From NCBI GenBank assembly GCA_017645765.1, contig JAGCNV010000077.1, positions 48,556 through 112,555 on the forward strand: a stretch of DNA of 64,000 nt, read 5' to 3'. This document shows positions 47,135-56,129 of this stretch, piece after piece (the stretch's first letter is position 1; each line of letters starts with the position of its first letter). The notes beneath the pieces are model-generated. The model was not told the origin of the DNA and made no database searches. It saw only the letters and a list, made by a program, of their open reading frames with translations. The stretch is from a bacterium (GTDB lineage Bacteria; UBP6; UBA1177). The translations under genes were made by a program, and so were the position numbers.

Positions 47135-49069
47135 ATGAAAAAATCTTTGTTGTTTCTTTCTTTGATTTTTGTTCTGATCTTTTCCGCCTGCAATAAAAAA
47201 GAGGAAAACATTGATCAGAATGCGAAAGCTCAGGAGGATCAGGATTCCAAAAAAGAGGAAATCTATAATGTCGATCCGGGAACGGCGATTTTCCGCGGTC
47301 CGCAGGATGCACCTGTTACCGTCGTCAACTTTTCCGATTTCCAGTGTCCTTTTTCAAAACGCAGCGTGGACTTGATGGAAGGCTTGCTCAAAAAATACAA
47401 CGGCAAGGTAAGATACGTTTTCAAGCATTTCCCGCTCAGTTTCCACAAATGGGCGAAACCCGCTTCCTACGCGGCTATAGCGGCACAGAATCAGGGAAAA
47501 TTCTGGGAATATTACGCAAAACTCTACACTGACGTGAAAAATGTCAATGAAGAGATGATCGTGGCTTATGCGAAAGAACTGAAACTCGATATGGACAAGT
47601 TCAATTCCGACAGAACTTCGGCTGAAACTGCTGCAAAAGTTCAGGCCGATATCACGCAGGGCTCGCTTTTCGGAGTTCGCGGAACGCCGACACTTTTCAT
47701 TAACGGTGTCAGGATAGTCGGTGCCAATTCCGCTAAAATAGAAGAGACGATAACCAAACAGATTGCGGTAGGCGAGCAGCTCAAGGCGAAAGGTGTCAAA
47801 GATCCTTATGCCGAAATCGTCAAAAACGGAAAAACGAAGTTCATTCCGCCGAAAAGAGAGGCGCCGGCTGTTTCTCAGGATGTCTACAAAGTCGAGATTC
47901 CTGCTCACGCTCCGGTCTGGGGTGCTGAAGACGCACTCGTAACGATGGTTCTTTTTGATGACTTCGAATGTCCTTTCTGCTCGCGTCTTTACGGCACTTA
48001 CGAGCAGCTCAAAAAAGATTATGCAGGTAAAATAAGGATCGCTTTCGTAAACCTTCCGCTCGGTTTCCACAAAAAGGCGAAAGATGCCGCTTATCTTGCT
48101 GCTGCGGCGCACAAACAGGGAAAATTCTGGGAAGTTTACAGTTTCCTTTTTACGAAACAGAAAGAGTGGAACCGCGTTCCAGATTTCAAAGAATGGCTTG
48201 AAGCCAACAAAGCAGACATTCCTGCCGATTGGGAAACTCTCAAAAAGGATATGGAAAGCAAAGAAATTGAAAAAATCGTCGAAGAAGACATCAAGACTGC
48301 ATCGGCTCTCGGTCTGCGCGGAACGCCGGCTTCTTTCATAAACGGCAGGTATATCAGCGGTGCACTTCCGATAGACTCCTTCAAAAAAGTAATCGACGAA
48401 GAGTTCAAAAAGGCAGAAGGCAAAGGTCTGAAAGGCGATGCTCTTTACCGCGAAATCATCAAGGAGGGCAATCCGGCAGTCGCAAAAACCAACGGCAACA
48501 AAGCTGAAAAAGAAGATCCTAATAAGATTTATCAGATCAAACTCAGCGGAAAAGAGGCTTCCAAAGGTGCTAAAAATCCGAAAGTCACGATAATCGAGTT
48601 CTCCGATTTCCAGTGCCCTTTCTGCAGCAAGGCTTTCGCAACTCTTGAAAGTGTTGCAGGAAAGTACAAAAACGATGTCAAAGTGGTTTACAAAAACTTT
48701 CCTCTCGGCTTCCACAAGGAGGCTAAACCTGCGGCTCTTTTCGCCCATGCAGTCAAAAATCTTTACGGAGACGAAAAATTCTTCCAGCTTGCTTCGATTC
48801 TTTATTCGAAGCAGAACGAATGGAAAACCAACCACGAAGAAAAATTCGCGTCTTACGCAAAAGAGATGGGCGCTGACTGGGCTAAAGTCAAAGCTGAAGC
48901 TGCAAAACCCGAAACGGAAGCTGCGGTTTCCGAAGATATCCGTGAAGCCGGAAATCATAATCTCCGCGGTGTTCCGGCGTTTTTCATAAACGGCAAAAAA
49001 GTAGGCGGCGCAAAACCGGCCGAATTCTTCGAGTCAATGATAGAATCCATAATCAAAGAAAAAAAATAG
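47135..49069 (+). CDS. Lipoprotein with three tandem DsbA/thioredoxin-fold domains
   Basis: Lipobox IFSAC. Three repeats of FSDFQCPF(S/C)-type active-site regions (FQCPFS, FECPFC, FQCPFC), each followed by ..FKHFPL/NLPL/NFPLGFHK.. and ..LRGTP/GVPAFFING... Confidence 0.8.
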   Translation: MKKSLLFLSLIFVLIFSACNKKEENIDQNAKAQEDQDSKKEEIYNVDPGTAIFRGPQDAPVTVVNFSDFQCPFSKRSVDLMEGLLKKYNGKVRYVFKHFPLSFHKWAKPASYAAIAAQNQGKFWEYYAKLYTDVKNVNEEMIVAYAKELKLDMDKFNSDRTSAETAAKVQADITQGSLFGVRGTPTLFINGVRIVGANSAKIEETITKQIAVGEQLKAKGVKDPYAEIVKNGKTKFIPPKREAPAVSQDVYKVEIPAHAPVWGAEDALVTMVLFDDFECPFCSRLYGTYEQLKKDYAGKIRIAFVNLPLGFHKKAKDAAYLAAAAHKQGKFWEVYSFLFTKQKEWNRVPDFKEWLEANKADIPADWETLKKDMESKEIEKIVEEDIKTASALGLRGTPASFINGRYISGALPIDSFKKVIDEEFKKAEGKGLKGDALYREIIKEGNPAVAKTNGNKAEKEDPNKIYQIKLSGKEASKGAKNPKVTIIEFSDFQCPFCSKAFATLESVAGKYKNDVKVVYKNFPLGFHKEAKPAALFAHAVKNLYGDEKFFQLASILYSKQNEWKTNHEEKFASYAKEMGADWAKVKAEAAKPETEAAVSEDIREAGNHNLRGVPAFFINGKKVGGAKPAEFFESMIESIIKEKK

Positions 49070-49123
49070 TTCTGAACAGACTGATTATTTGAGCGATTTG
49101 ATATTACAAAAAATAGACTTCTT

Positions 49124-49151
49124 TTGACAAAGTATTTTCATCAACTAAAAT
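49124..49151 (+). promoter_or_regulatory. Candidate promoter (TTGACA-16-TAAAAT) of the receiver-domain gene
   Basis: Consensus -35 and a good -10, about 30 nt upstream of GGAGGG and the TTG at 49181. Confidence 0.45.
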
Positions 49152-49180
49152 AATGTGATTTTTTGATTCGGAGGGCTTTC

Positions 49181-50440
49181 TTGAAAAGGATTCTGGTTGT
49201 CGATTCGGATGAACAAGTCGCTTCAATTCTGAGTATCAAGCTGAAGCGTGAAGGTTTTGAAGCTGCAACTGCCGGAAATTCTGCGGATGCTCTCAGAATA
49301 CTTCCGGAGTTCAGGCCTGACATCATTGTTTCCGAAATGATTCTCCCGAAAATGAGCGGTATCGACTTTATGAAAAGGGTAAAAATGAATCCCGAAATGA
49401 TGCGTATCCCGTTTGTTTTCCTTTCGTCGTCACGCGATGTCGAAAACAAGATCCTTGCTCTGGACATGGGGGCAGCCGCTGTTTTGGCAAAGCCTCTTTT
49501 TATCACCGATTTACTGGAAAATCTGAAAGGGATTCTCGGGGAATACGAGCTTAAAAACAGCTCCGATTCTGAAGAAAATACTCCTGAAGGCGACATTTCC
49601 GATATTTCGGTGCTTAATATTTTGAGTATTCTGCTTGAAAATAATTCTTCGGGCGAAGTCGAATTTTCTGCCTCATCAGACAAACACGGCGTGATTTTCT
49701 GCGACTGCGGAAATGTTGTCCGGGCCGAGACGAATGACGGCGACAACAAGGACGGAATGGAGGAGCTTTACAAAATCCTTTCGTGGTCGGACGGAACTTT
49801 TTCGGTTAATTACGGTGATGTTTCAGTGGAACGGAACATCTTTATTCCCCAGAAGAAGATAATCGAAAAATCGGTCGAATGGTTCAGGGAGTATTCGGCA
49901 ATACTCCGCTCGCTTCCGCCGGTCGACACTACTGTACACCTTGATTTTGCGAATTTTGTCGAAAATCTGAACAAACTGCCTGATGACATTGATTCTGTCA
50001 TAAAAAGCATTGATGAATCGGGAAGTAAGATAAGCGACATAATCGATTCGTGCGGCGGTGACAGACTGCGTACTGCGGATTATCTGAAACAGCTTTTCGA
50101 GCTCTCCGTGGTGTCGTCCGTAAACGTAAACAGTGTTTATAAAGCGGAATATCCGCAATGGCTCGTTTCATCTGGAAAAGCTGTTGAAATTAAAGAAGAT
50201 CTGCCGGAAGAAAAACCAGAAGTGTTTGAAAATATTGAAAAATCAGAAGAGCCTGAAGAACCCGAACCGGTTGCGGCGCCGGTTGAGGAATCTGCCGGAG
50301 AGCCTAAAAAATCGGCCTGGGATGAACTTGCCGAACAGTCGTCGCGCCGCGGAAAATCGGGCAAAATCGTACTTTTCGTGCTGCTTCTTGCGGTAGCTGC
50401 CGCAATTATAACATTCATTTACTACCGGGGTTTAATATGA
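49181..50440 (+). CDS. Atypical response-regulator receiver protein with DUF4388-like domain and C-terminal TM anchor
   Basis: REC fold (ILVVDSDE..DIIVSEMILPKMSG..FLSSS..LAKPL) with Glu where the phospho-acceptor Asp is expected. DUF4388-like ..ISVLNILSILLENNSSGEVEF..ILSWSDGTF... Hydrophobic C-terminal helix. Confidence 0.7.
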   Translation: MKRILVVDSDEQVASILSIKLKREGFEAATAGNSADALRILPEFRPDIIVSEMILPKMSGIDFMKRVKMNPEMMRIPFVFLSSSRDVENKILALDMGAAAVLAKPLFITDLLENLKGILGEYELKNSSDSEENTPEGDISDISVLNILSILLENNSSGEVEFSASSDKHGVIFCDCGNVVRAETNDGDNKDGMEELYKILSWSDGTFSVNYGDVSVERNIFIPQKKIIEKSVEWFREYSAILRSLPPVDTTVHLDFANFVENLNKLPDDIDSVIKSIDESGSKISDIIDSCGGDRLRTADYLKQLFELSVVSSVNVNSVYKAEYPQWLVSSGKAVEIKEDLPEEKPEVFENIEKSEEPEEPEPVAAPVEESAGEPKKSAWDELAEQSSRRGKSGKIVLFVLLLAVAAAIITFIYYRGLI

Positions 50441-50961
50441 GAACATTAATCAGTGCCGAAGAACTCAAAAAAAGGGTCAAGGAACTCGGAAAACAGATTA
50501 CGGAAGATTACGAGGGAAAAGATTTTACATTCCTCATCATTCTTAAAGGAAGCACTCTTTTCGGCGCCGATCTTTTCAGAGAAATAAAGTCGCACCGCGT
50601 GGAGCTCGACTGCATCAGGCTTTCAAGCTATCACGGAACGAAAAGTACTGGAACTGTCTCAATGGATCAGGGCGAACTCAAACGCTTCGAAGGCAGGAAC
50701 CTGCTCATCGTCGAAGACATCGTCGATACCGGAACGACGCTTTCGTTTTTTCTCAAGGAACTTGAAAAAGTTCATCCCGAATCGGTAAAAATCTGCTCGC
50801 TTTTTGAGAAAAAAGAGGTCAACCGCGGCAGAGTCAAGGTCGATTACCTCGGTTTTGACATAAGAAACGAATTCATCGTCGGTTACGGACTTGATCTCGA
50901 TCAGAAATACAGAAACCTTCCCGACATCGAGATTTTTGAAGAGAGCGACAAAAATGATTAG
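50437..50961 (+). CDS. hpt: Hypoxanthine phosphoribosyltransferase
   Basis: 174 aa. PRPP-binding motif LLIVEDIVDTGTTL and the ..IVGYGLDLDQKYRNLP.. C-terminus. Confidence 0.9.
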   Translation: MRTLISAEELKKRVKELGKQITEDYEGKDFTFLIILKGSTLFGADLFREIKSHRVELDCIRLSSYHGTKSTGTVSMDQGELKRFEGRNLLIVEDIVDTGTTLSFFLKELEKVHPESVKICSLFEKKEVNRGRVKVDYLGFDIRNEFIVGYGLDLDQKYRNLPDIEIFEESDKND

Positions 50962-51550
50962 CTCCGAAATAGAGATCCCGCTTGAAAAGTTTGCCTTCCA
51001 GCCGTTTGATTTCAAAGAATTTTTCGGTAAAGAGCATATTGAAGCTGAAATCGGTTTCTGCAGCGGCCACTTTTTAAGCGAATACGCAAATTCAAAGCCA
51101 GATACCGGCTTTTTAGGAATAGAATACAGCCGCAAATTTTTTCTTCGCGGCGAAAAGAATCTGAAAAGAAGACTCAAACAGGATAACGTCCGCATCGTCT
51201 GCTTCGAAGCGATAGCCGTGATGCGCGAACTTGTCCCGTTCTATTCGCTTGACGCTATCCACATCTACTTTCCCGATCCGTGGCCCAAGAAAAAACACCA
51301 CAAATTCAGAACTGTCCGCTTTGAAAACCTCATCATGCTCCGCAACCGCCTCAAAAAAGGGGGAAAACTCTTTATCGCGACCGACCATCCCGAATACGCC
51401 GAATTTATGGAAAAGGAAATCGCCGAGACCGGCGCATTTTTCAAACGTCTCCCTTACGGCGGCGACGACAGACCCATAAAAACCAAGTGGGAAAAAAAAC
51501 AGATCGCCGACTGCTGGGAGATCCACTATTTTCTGCTTGAAGCGATATAA
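50954..51550 (+). CDS. trmB: tRNA (guanine46-N7)-methyltransferase
   Basis: EIGFCSGHFL..FLGIEYS.. and FPDPWPKKKHHKFR motifs. The ATG overlaps the last codons of hpt. Confidence 0.9.
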   Translation: MISSEIEIPLEKFAFQPFDFKEFFGKEHIEAEIGFCSGHFLSEYANSKPDTGFLGIEYSRKFFLRGEKNLKRRLKQDNVRIVCFEAIAVMRELVPFYSLDAIHIYFPDPWPKKKHHKFRTVRFENLIMLRNRLKKGGKLFIATDHPEYAEFMEKEIAETGAFFKRLPYGGDDRPIKTKWEKKQIADCWEIHYFLLEAI

Positions 51551-51562
51551 AAGGAGAATAAT

Positions 51563-53041
51563 ATGAAAAAAATCTTTGTTTTTCTATTGTTTCTACTGGT
51601 TTTCGGCACGCTTTCGGCAAGAAGCAAATTCAATGAAACCACAATCAAGGGAGAGCTAAGGAAACCCGGTGTAAAACTGGTCGCAATCGATTTTTACATG
51701 ACGGGATGTCCGCCTTGCGATGCGGCTATTCCTGTTTGGAAAAAACTTAAAAAAGAATACGGTGATGCTCTCAAACTCATCGTTGTCGCACCTCAGCGTG
51801 ATGACGGAAGCTGCAATGTCAAAGACTGGCGTCCGGATGGAACGGTTTGCGACGAGGATATGGAAATTGCCGGAGAATGGGGCGTTAAAGATTTTCCACA
51901 GGCATTTCTTTACAGCTGGCATAACAACGATCCGCTTGTAAAACTAGGACACGTCAATGATGTCGAAAAAGCGATAAAGGAATACTTCAAGCACATTCCG
52001 AGGGTCGCCATTGATGCCGATAAAAGTAGTAAGAATCTTGTCCCAATAATTGAAAAAGAGTTGATCAGGAATTCGAAAATCGAACTGGTATCGGATGAAT
52101 CAGACCGTCAGTCTCTTTTGGCAGCAAAGAAGAAAAGCCACCAACTCAATTATGACGAAAGTTTTAGATGCGAACTCGGCAAAGAAATTGCAGCCAATTC
52201 AATTTTAAAAGTCACAAAACAGGGTAACAATCTCGTTTTGAAACTGTCGTCAGTGGAGAAAAGCTGCACAATGGCAACTGCACCGAAAATTCTGAGCGGC
52301 GATAGAAAAAAACTGGAAATGGAAATAGCTTCTGTAGTGTATGATCTTCTTTCCCAGATGTTCGGCGAGATTTCAACACCTGAAAACGAAGAAAAATCAG
52401 TTCCAACTCAAAGTTTTTCGAGTCAAAGCAACGGCTCAACACGTGATGCAAATGCCTGCAAATATGCAAGAGAGGAGAATTCTTTGGAAGCATGGCAGGA
52501 TTATCTTGATGCGTTTTCGGATGGAGAGTGTTCTTTTGAAGCAAAAGGCAGAATCAGAAAGCTGAAAAAAGAGCGTGAAGATGAGGATAGATTGAAAAAA
52601 GAAAAGGAGGAACAAGAAAGATTAAGGCGAGAAGCTGAACGCAAAATGGAATATGATGCAAGACAAAAGCAAGAACAAATGAATTATGACGAAAAACCAA
52701 GACTTGATGTTCTAGAATTTGATGACAGTAGCGGAGAAATTTCCAAACAAACGCTCTCTGATGCAACTGAATATATTCGCGTAGCAATAGCAAGTGGGAA
52801 CAAACATATCGTCATCGCACGAGAAAGACAAAGAACGACTGTTTCCCCTGATATGATTTTGAGAACGACAATCAGACGTAGTGACAAAATTTTCCTTATA
52901 AATTCGAAACTTATTGATCTTGGGGAAAAAAAAGTACTTGTTAGCGTAACATCTCAATATGATGCCACAAAAGATTCATTGCGCGAATGTCTTGACTATA
53001 TTGCTAAGTCCATAATCAAAAATGGATACAGGCCAAAATGA
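51563..53041 (+). CDS. Exported thioredoxin-fold (CPPC) protein with E/R/K-rich segment and unknown C-terminal domain
   Basis: Signal peptide. TlpA/redoxin-like YMTGCPPCDAAIPVWKKL. Charged stretch KKEREDEDRLKKEKEEQERLRREAERK. Confidence 0.6.
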   Translation: MKKIFVFLLFLLVFGTLSARSKFNETTIKGELRKPGVKLVAIDFYMTGCPPCDAAIPVWKKLKKEYGDALKLIVVAPQRDDGSCNVKDWRPDGTVCDEDMEIAGEWGVKDFPQAFLYSWHNNDPLVKLGHVNDVEKAIKEYFKHIPRVAIDADKSSKNLVPIIEKELIRNSKIELVSDESDRQSLLAAKKKSHQLNYDESFRCELGKEIAANSILKVTKQGNNLVLKLSSVEKSCTMATAPKILSGDRKKLEMEIASVVYDLLSQMFGEISTPENEEKSVPTQSFSSQSNGSTRDANACKYAREENSLEAWQDYLDAFSDGECSFEAKGRIRKLKKEREDEDRLKKEKEEQERLRREAERKMEYDARQKQEQMNYDEKPRLDVLEFDDSSGEISKQTLSDATEYIRVAIASGNKHIVIARERQRTTVSPDMILRTTIRRSDKIFLINSKLIDLGEKKVLVSVTSQYDATKDSLRECLDYIAKSIIKNGYRPK

Positions 53042-53058
53042 ACGAAGTGAGCATTTTT

Positions 53059-53083
53059 GCCCGCCGGTTTCAGAGAGGCGGGC
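53059..53083 (+). terminator. GC-rich hairpin after the thioredoxin-fold gene (possible terminator)
   Basis: GCCCGCC-11 nt-GGCGGGC, 18 nt after the stop. It is preceded, not followed, by a T-run, so its terminator status is uncertain. Confidence 0.3.
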
Positions 53084-53148
53084 ATTGTCGGAGCGCACGC
53101 GGCTCGCGTGATGATTATCGTCATTCTGAGCTTTAGCGAAGAATCTCA

Positions 53149-53238
53149 GAGATCTTTCACATTTGTTCAAGATTACGGAGAGATGTTTCGGCTGCGCCTC
53201 AACATGAGGTGAGATCTTTCGCGTTGCTCAAGATGACG
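53149..53238. repeat. Intergenic repeat cluster (two ~28-nt direct repeats; imperfect 13-nt inverted repeat CGTCATTCTGAGC / GCTCAAGATGACG)
   Basis: gagatctttcacatttgttcaagattacg (53149-53177) versus gagatctttcgcgttgctcaagatgacg (53211-38). The left arm of the inverted repeat is at about 53119-31. Confidence 0.5.
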
Positions 53239-53298
53239 AGTTGTGCTCTCTGGAACCCGAAAAATTTTCTCGACACAAGTTTCGAGTTATCAAAAAAC

Positions 53299-53328
53299 TT
53301 GCAAAAGTTCTATGAGAAATGTTATAAA
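53299..53328 (+). promoter_or_regulatory. Candidate promoter of ATPase 3 (TTGCAA-18-TATAAA)
   Basis: It is followed by TGACTTTTGTA (about 53345-55) between the -10 and the start codon. Confidence 0.3.
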
Positions 53329-53368
53329 CCTAACGAAAGTGGTATGACTTTTGTAAAGACGAGGCTCC

Positions 53369-54685
53369 ATGAAACGAAATTTCATTAACGATCTGATTGC
53401 TTGGAAGGAAAGTAAGAACCGTAAACCGCTGCTTGTCACTGGTGTCCGTCAGTGTGGCAAAACCTACGCTCTGAAAGAGTTCGGCGAAACGCAGTTCGAA
53501 AACGTATGCTATATCAACTTTGAATCGAGCAGCGCATACTCTTCAATTTTTGATTACGATTTTGATGTTGAGCGCATCATTCGGGAGATCGAACTTCTGG
53601 AACAGTGCAGGATAACGGCAGGAAAAACGCTGCTGATATTCGACGAAATTCAGGAGGCTCCGCGTGCGGTCACCGCTCTGAAATATTTCTGCGAAAACAA
53701 ACGTGATCTTCATGTCGCATGTGCCGGTTCTCTGCTCGGAGTCGCGCTGAAAAGGGCGAATTTTTCTTTTCCGGTCGGGAAAGTGAACAGGATGCAGATG
53801 TACCCGATGAGTTTCGACGAGTTTCTGGCTGCGAACGGTGAAGAAAAATATCTGGAACTTTTTGCCGGCTGGAAGTCGGACCGCGTGATCCCCGAAGTCT
53901 ATGCGAAACCGCTTGAGCGTCTTCTGAAGGAATATTACGTTGTCGGCGGAATGCCTGAAGCGGTGAATGAATATGTTTCATCGAAAGATTTTGCGGCGGT
54001 TCAGGAGATCCAGGAGACGATTTTAAACGATTATGCTGACGATTTTTCAAAGCACGCGCCAGTCTCTGAAATAGAAAAAATCAGGCTCGTATGGGATTCC
54101 GTTCCGAAACAGCTCGCGAAGGAAAACAACAAATTCGTCTTTTCCCACGTTAAGGAGGGAAAACGCGCCCACGAGCTTGAAGCGGCTCTGCAGTGGCTTA
54201 AAAACGCGGGACTTGTCCATCTGGTCGAACTTGTCCAGAATGCCGAAATCCCGCTTTCCGCAAATGCCGATTCGACTTACTTCAAAGTCTATATGGCCGA
54301 CACAGGACTGCTTTGCCGCAGGCTGGGACTGGGTTACAAAGAGATTCTTGGAGAGAACGACAGCCTGAAAATATTCAAAGGCGCGATCGCAGAAAACTAT
54401 GTTCTGAACGAACTTGTGACGCTTCGAAAAAGTCCCTATTTCTGGCGTTCCGGAAACAGTGCTGAACTCGATTTCCTCTTTGAGGAAGATGGCGAAATAT
54501 TCCCCGTTGAAGTGAAAGCCGCGGCAAATACCCAGGCAAAGAGTTTCAAGCAGTTCTGCAAGAAATTCAAACCAAAAACCGGCTACAAACTTTCGCTCAA
54601 AAACCTCGCCGTCGCAGACTGTGATGGAACTGCGGCAATCAGTCTGCCGCTCTATCTGCTGTGGAATATGGATAAGGTAAAATGA
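53369..54685 (+). CDS. AAA+ ATPase with DUF4143-type C-terminal domain, paralog 3
   Basis: Walker A VTGVRQCGKTY, Walker B LLIFDEIQ, C-terminal AELDFLFEEDGEIFPVEVK. Confidence 0.8.
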   Translation: MKRNFINDLIAWKESKNRKPLLVTGVRQCGKTYALKEFGETQFENVCYINFESSSAYSSIFDYDFDVERIIREIELLEQCRITAGKTLLIFDEIQEAPRAVTALKYFCENKRDLHVACAGSLLGVALKRANFSFPVGKVNRMQMYPMSFDEFLAANGEEKYLELFAGWKSDRVIPEVYAKPLERLLKEYYVVGGMPEAVNEYVSSKDFAAVQEIQETILNDYADDFSKHAPVSEIEKIRLVWDSVPKQLAKENNKFVFSHVKEGKRAHELEAALQWLKNAGLVHLVELVQNAEIPLSANADSTYFKVYMADTGLLCRRLGLGYKEILGENDSLKIFKGAIAENYVLNELVTLRKSPYFWRSGNSAELDFLFEEDGEIFPVEVKAAANTQAKSFKQFCKKFKPKTGYKLSLKNLAVADCDGTAAISLPLYLLWNMDKVK

Positions 54686-54702
54686 TGAAAAAAATAGTTT
54701 CT

Positions 54703-54765
54703 AAACTTAAATGTAAAGAACTTTACAAACAAGTTTGCGAACCAAACGATAAATACAAATGAAAA
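54703..54765 (+). repeat. 63-bp imperfect direct repeat, left copy
   Basis: aaacttaaatgtaaagaactttacaaacaagtttgcgaaccaaacgataaatacaaatgaaaa. It pairs with 56067-56129, with most positions identical. Confidence 0.75.
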
Positions 54766-55313
54766 ACTTAATATTTTCAACAATTTTTCTTTTTTGTTTC
54801 AGCGTTTTCGGAAAAGCTGAACCGAGACCCCATTCGACATCAGATCTCATATTTCGGATAATTATTCCTGGTATTTTGTTCGTACTTGTTATTGTGGCTG
54901 AAATATGGGCAAGCAACAAAAGAGAGAAAAAAACCAATGAACTTAAAGCAAAAGAAGAACCTTTGAAAATCTTTGAATATTTCAGAATTGCTTTCGGATA
55001 TAATGACGAGCATTCCGTAAGATCTGCTGCCATCAGCGGCTGGGCTGTATGGTGCAGTCTTCTGCTTTTTCAAAACCGCATGGTAATCGTGGCTGAAAGC
55101 ACATTGGAAATCGAAATAAAAAATATAAATTTCGTAAAAATGAGAAAAGTCATGTTGGAAGAATTCTTGCAAGTATGTTATAATGAAATCTCGGAAAGCG
55201 GAACAACAAGAGAGAAAGCAGTCTTTTTGCAAGGCATTGATAAAGATATGCTCTACATCAAGAATTTCATTGAAGAAAGAATGAATAGACCGCAAATAAT
55301 CGACTTGACGTGA
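54759..55313 (+). CDS. Hypothetical membrane protein
   Basis: 184 aa with a signal-like N-terminus and a second hydrophobic helix (IIIPGILFVLVIVAEIW). No family recognised. Confidence 0.5.
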   Translation: MKNLIFSTIFLFCFSVFGKAEPRPHSTSDLIFRIIIPGILFVLVIVAEIWASNKREKKTNELKAKEEPLKIFEYFRIAFGYNDEHSVRSAAISGWAVWCSLLLFQNRMVIVAESTLEIEIKNINFVKMRKVMLEEFLQVCYNEISESGTTREKAVFLQGIDKDMLYIKNFIEERMNRPQIIDLT

Positions 55314-55346
55314 TGTGAATGAAAAATCTAGTAATTTCAGTGATTT

Positions 55347-55670
55347 TTATCGTTTTCTTTTCCCGGCAAGATCGTAGGCTTCGTTATCGGCTCTGGCTGA
55401 AATTACCAGAATGAACATTTCATGAGTCAGTTCGTCTTCGACCAGTTTGTAGACGACACGGATCCCGATATCGCGATACTTTATTTTCAGAAGGCCGGTC
55501 AGATCGTTCCCGCCTTTATTTCCCAAAGGTTTGCCGTATACGCCTTCACTCTGCGGCTTCGGATTTTGAGCGACTTTCAGGATTCCTTTCAATACGATTT
55601 TCCGAACTGAACCGTCGAGTTTCGCGAGTTCTTCTGCGGCAAGAGGATGATATCTGATTTTCCAATCCAT
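55347..55670 (-). CDS. RelE/ParE-family type II toxin
   Basis: 107 aa. ..WKIRYHPLAAEELAKLD..GKPLG..LTGLLKIKYRDIGIRVVYKLVEDE..ILVISARAD.. is the RelE/StbE pattern. TAATG overlap with the antitoxin gene. Confidence 0.75.
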   Translation of the reverse strand: MDWKIRYHPLAAEELAKLDGSVRKIVLKGILKVAQNPKPQSEGVYGKPLGNKGGNDLTGLLKIKYRDIGIRVVYKLVEDELTHEMFILVISARADNEAYDLAGKRKR

Positions 55671-55993
55671 TACTGCTCCAGATTTACTTCGACATCATCC
55701 AGATCTGCTTCCGAAATCCCGAATTTTTTCATAACATCTTCGTGATCCGCGTATTCAACTTTCTGGGAAAGCCGTTTTGCCGCTTCCGCAGCGAGAAGCG
55801 CGTCTTCATACTCTTCCATCATTTTTCGGTAGCTTTGCGGACTCATCAAAATGCACTCGGGGACATTGTTTTTCACAACGATGCTGATGCCCGATTTTTT
55901 GACATCGGAAAAAATTTTGTTCGCCTCACCCTTGTTGAACCGACTTATCGGAACAATCGAATCAAGGACGTTGACTGTGTTCAATACGTTCAT
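55670..55993 (-). CDS. Phd/YefM-type antitoxin
   Basis: The start is at the ATG 5 nt after GGAGG (MNVLNTVNVLDSIVPISRFNKGEANKIFSDVKK..IVVKNNVPECILMSPQSYRKMMEEYED). It lies upstream of the RelE-like gene and overlaps it. Confidence 0.65.
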   Translation of the reverse strand: MNVLNTVNVLDSIVPISRFNKGEANKIFSDVKKSGISIVVKNNVPECILMSPQSYRKMMEEYEDALLAAEAAKRLSQKVEYADHEDVMKKFGISEADLDDVEVNLEQ

Positions 55994-56066
55994 CTTTGCC
56001 TCCAAAACCAATTCATTTATCATTATATACAACAATTTATTTATTGTCAAATTTATTGATACCTTG

Positions 56067-56129
56067 AAACTTAATTGTAAAACACTTTACAAACAAGTTT
56101 GCGAATCAAATAATAAATATGGATGAAAA
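56067..56129 (+). repeat. 63-bp imperfect direct repeat, right copy
   Basis: aaacttaattgtaaaacactttacaaacaagtttgcgaatcaaataataaatatggatgaaaa. Confidence 0.75.

Noticed and set aside
47354-48958. 534-aa ORF on the minus strand
   Set aside because: It is antisense to the triple-DsbA gene. The F/R/S-rich translation is typical of the reverse frame of a K/E-rich gene.
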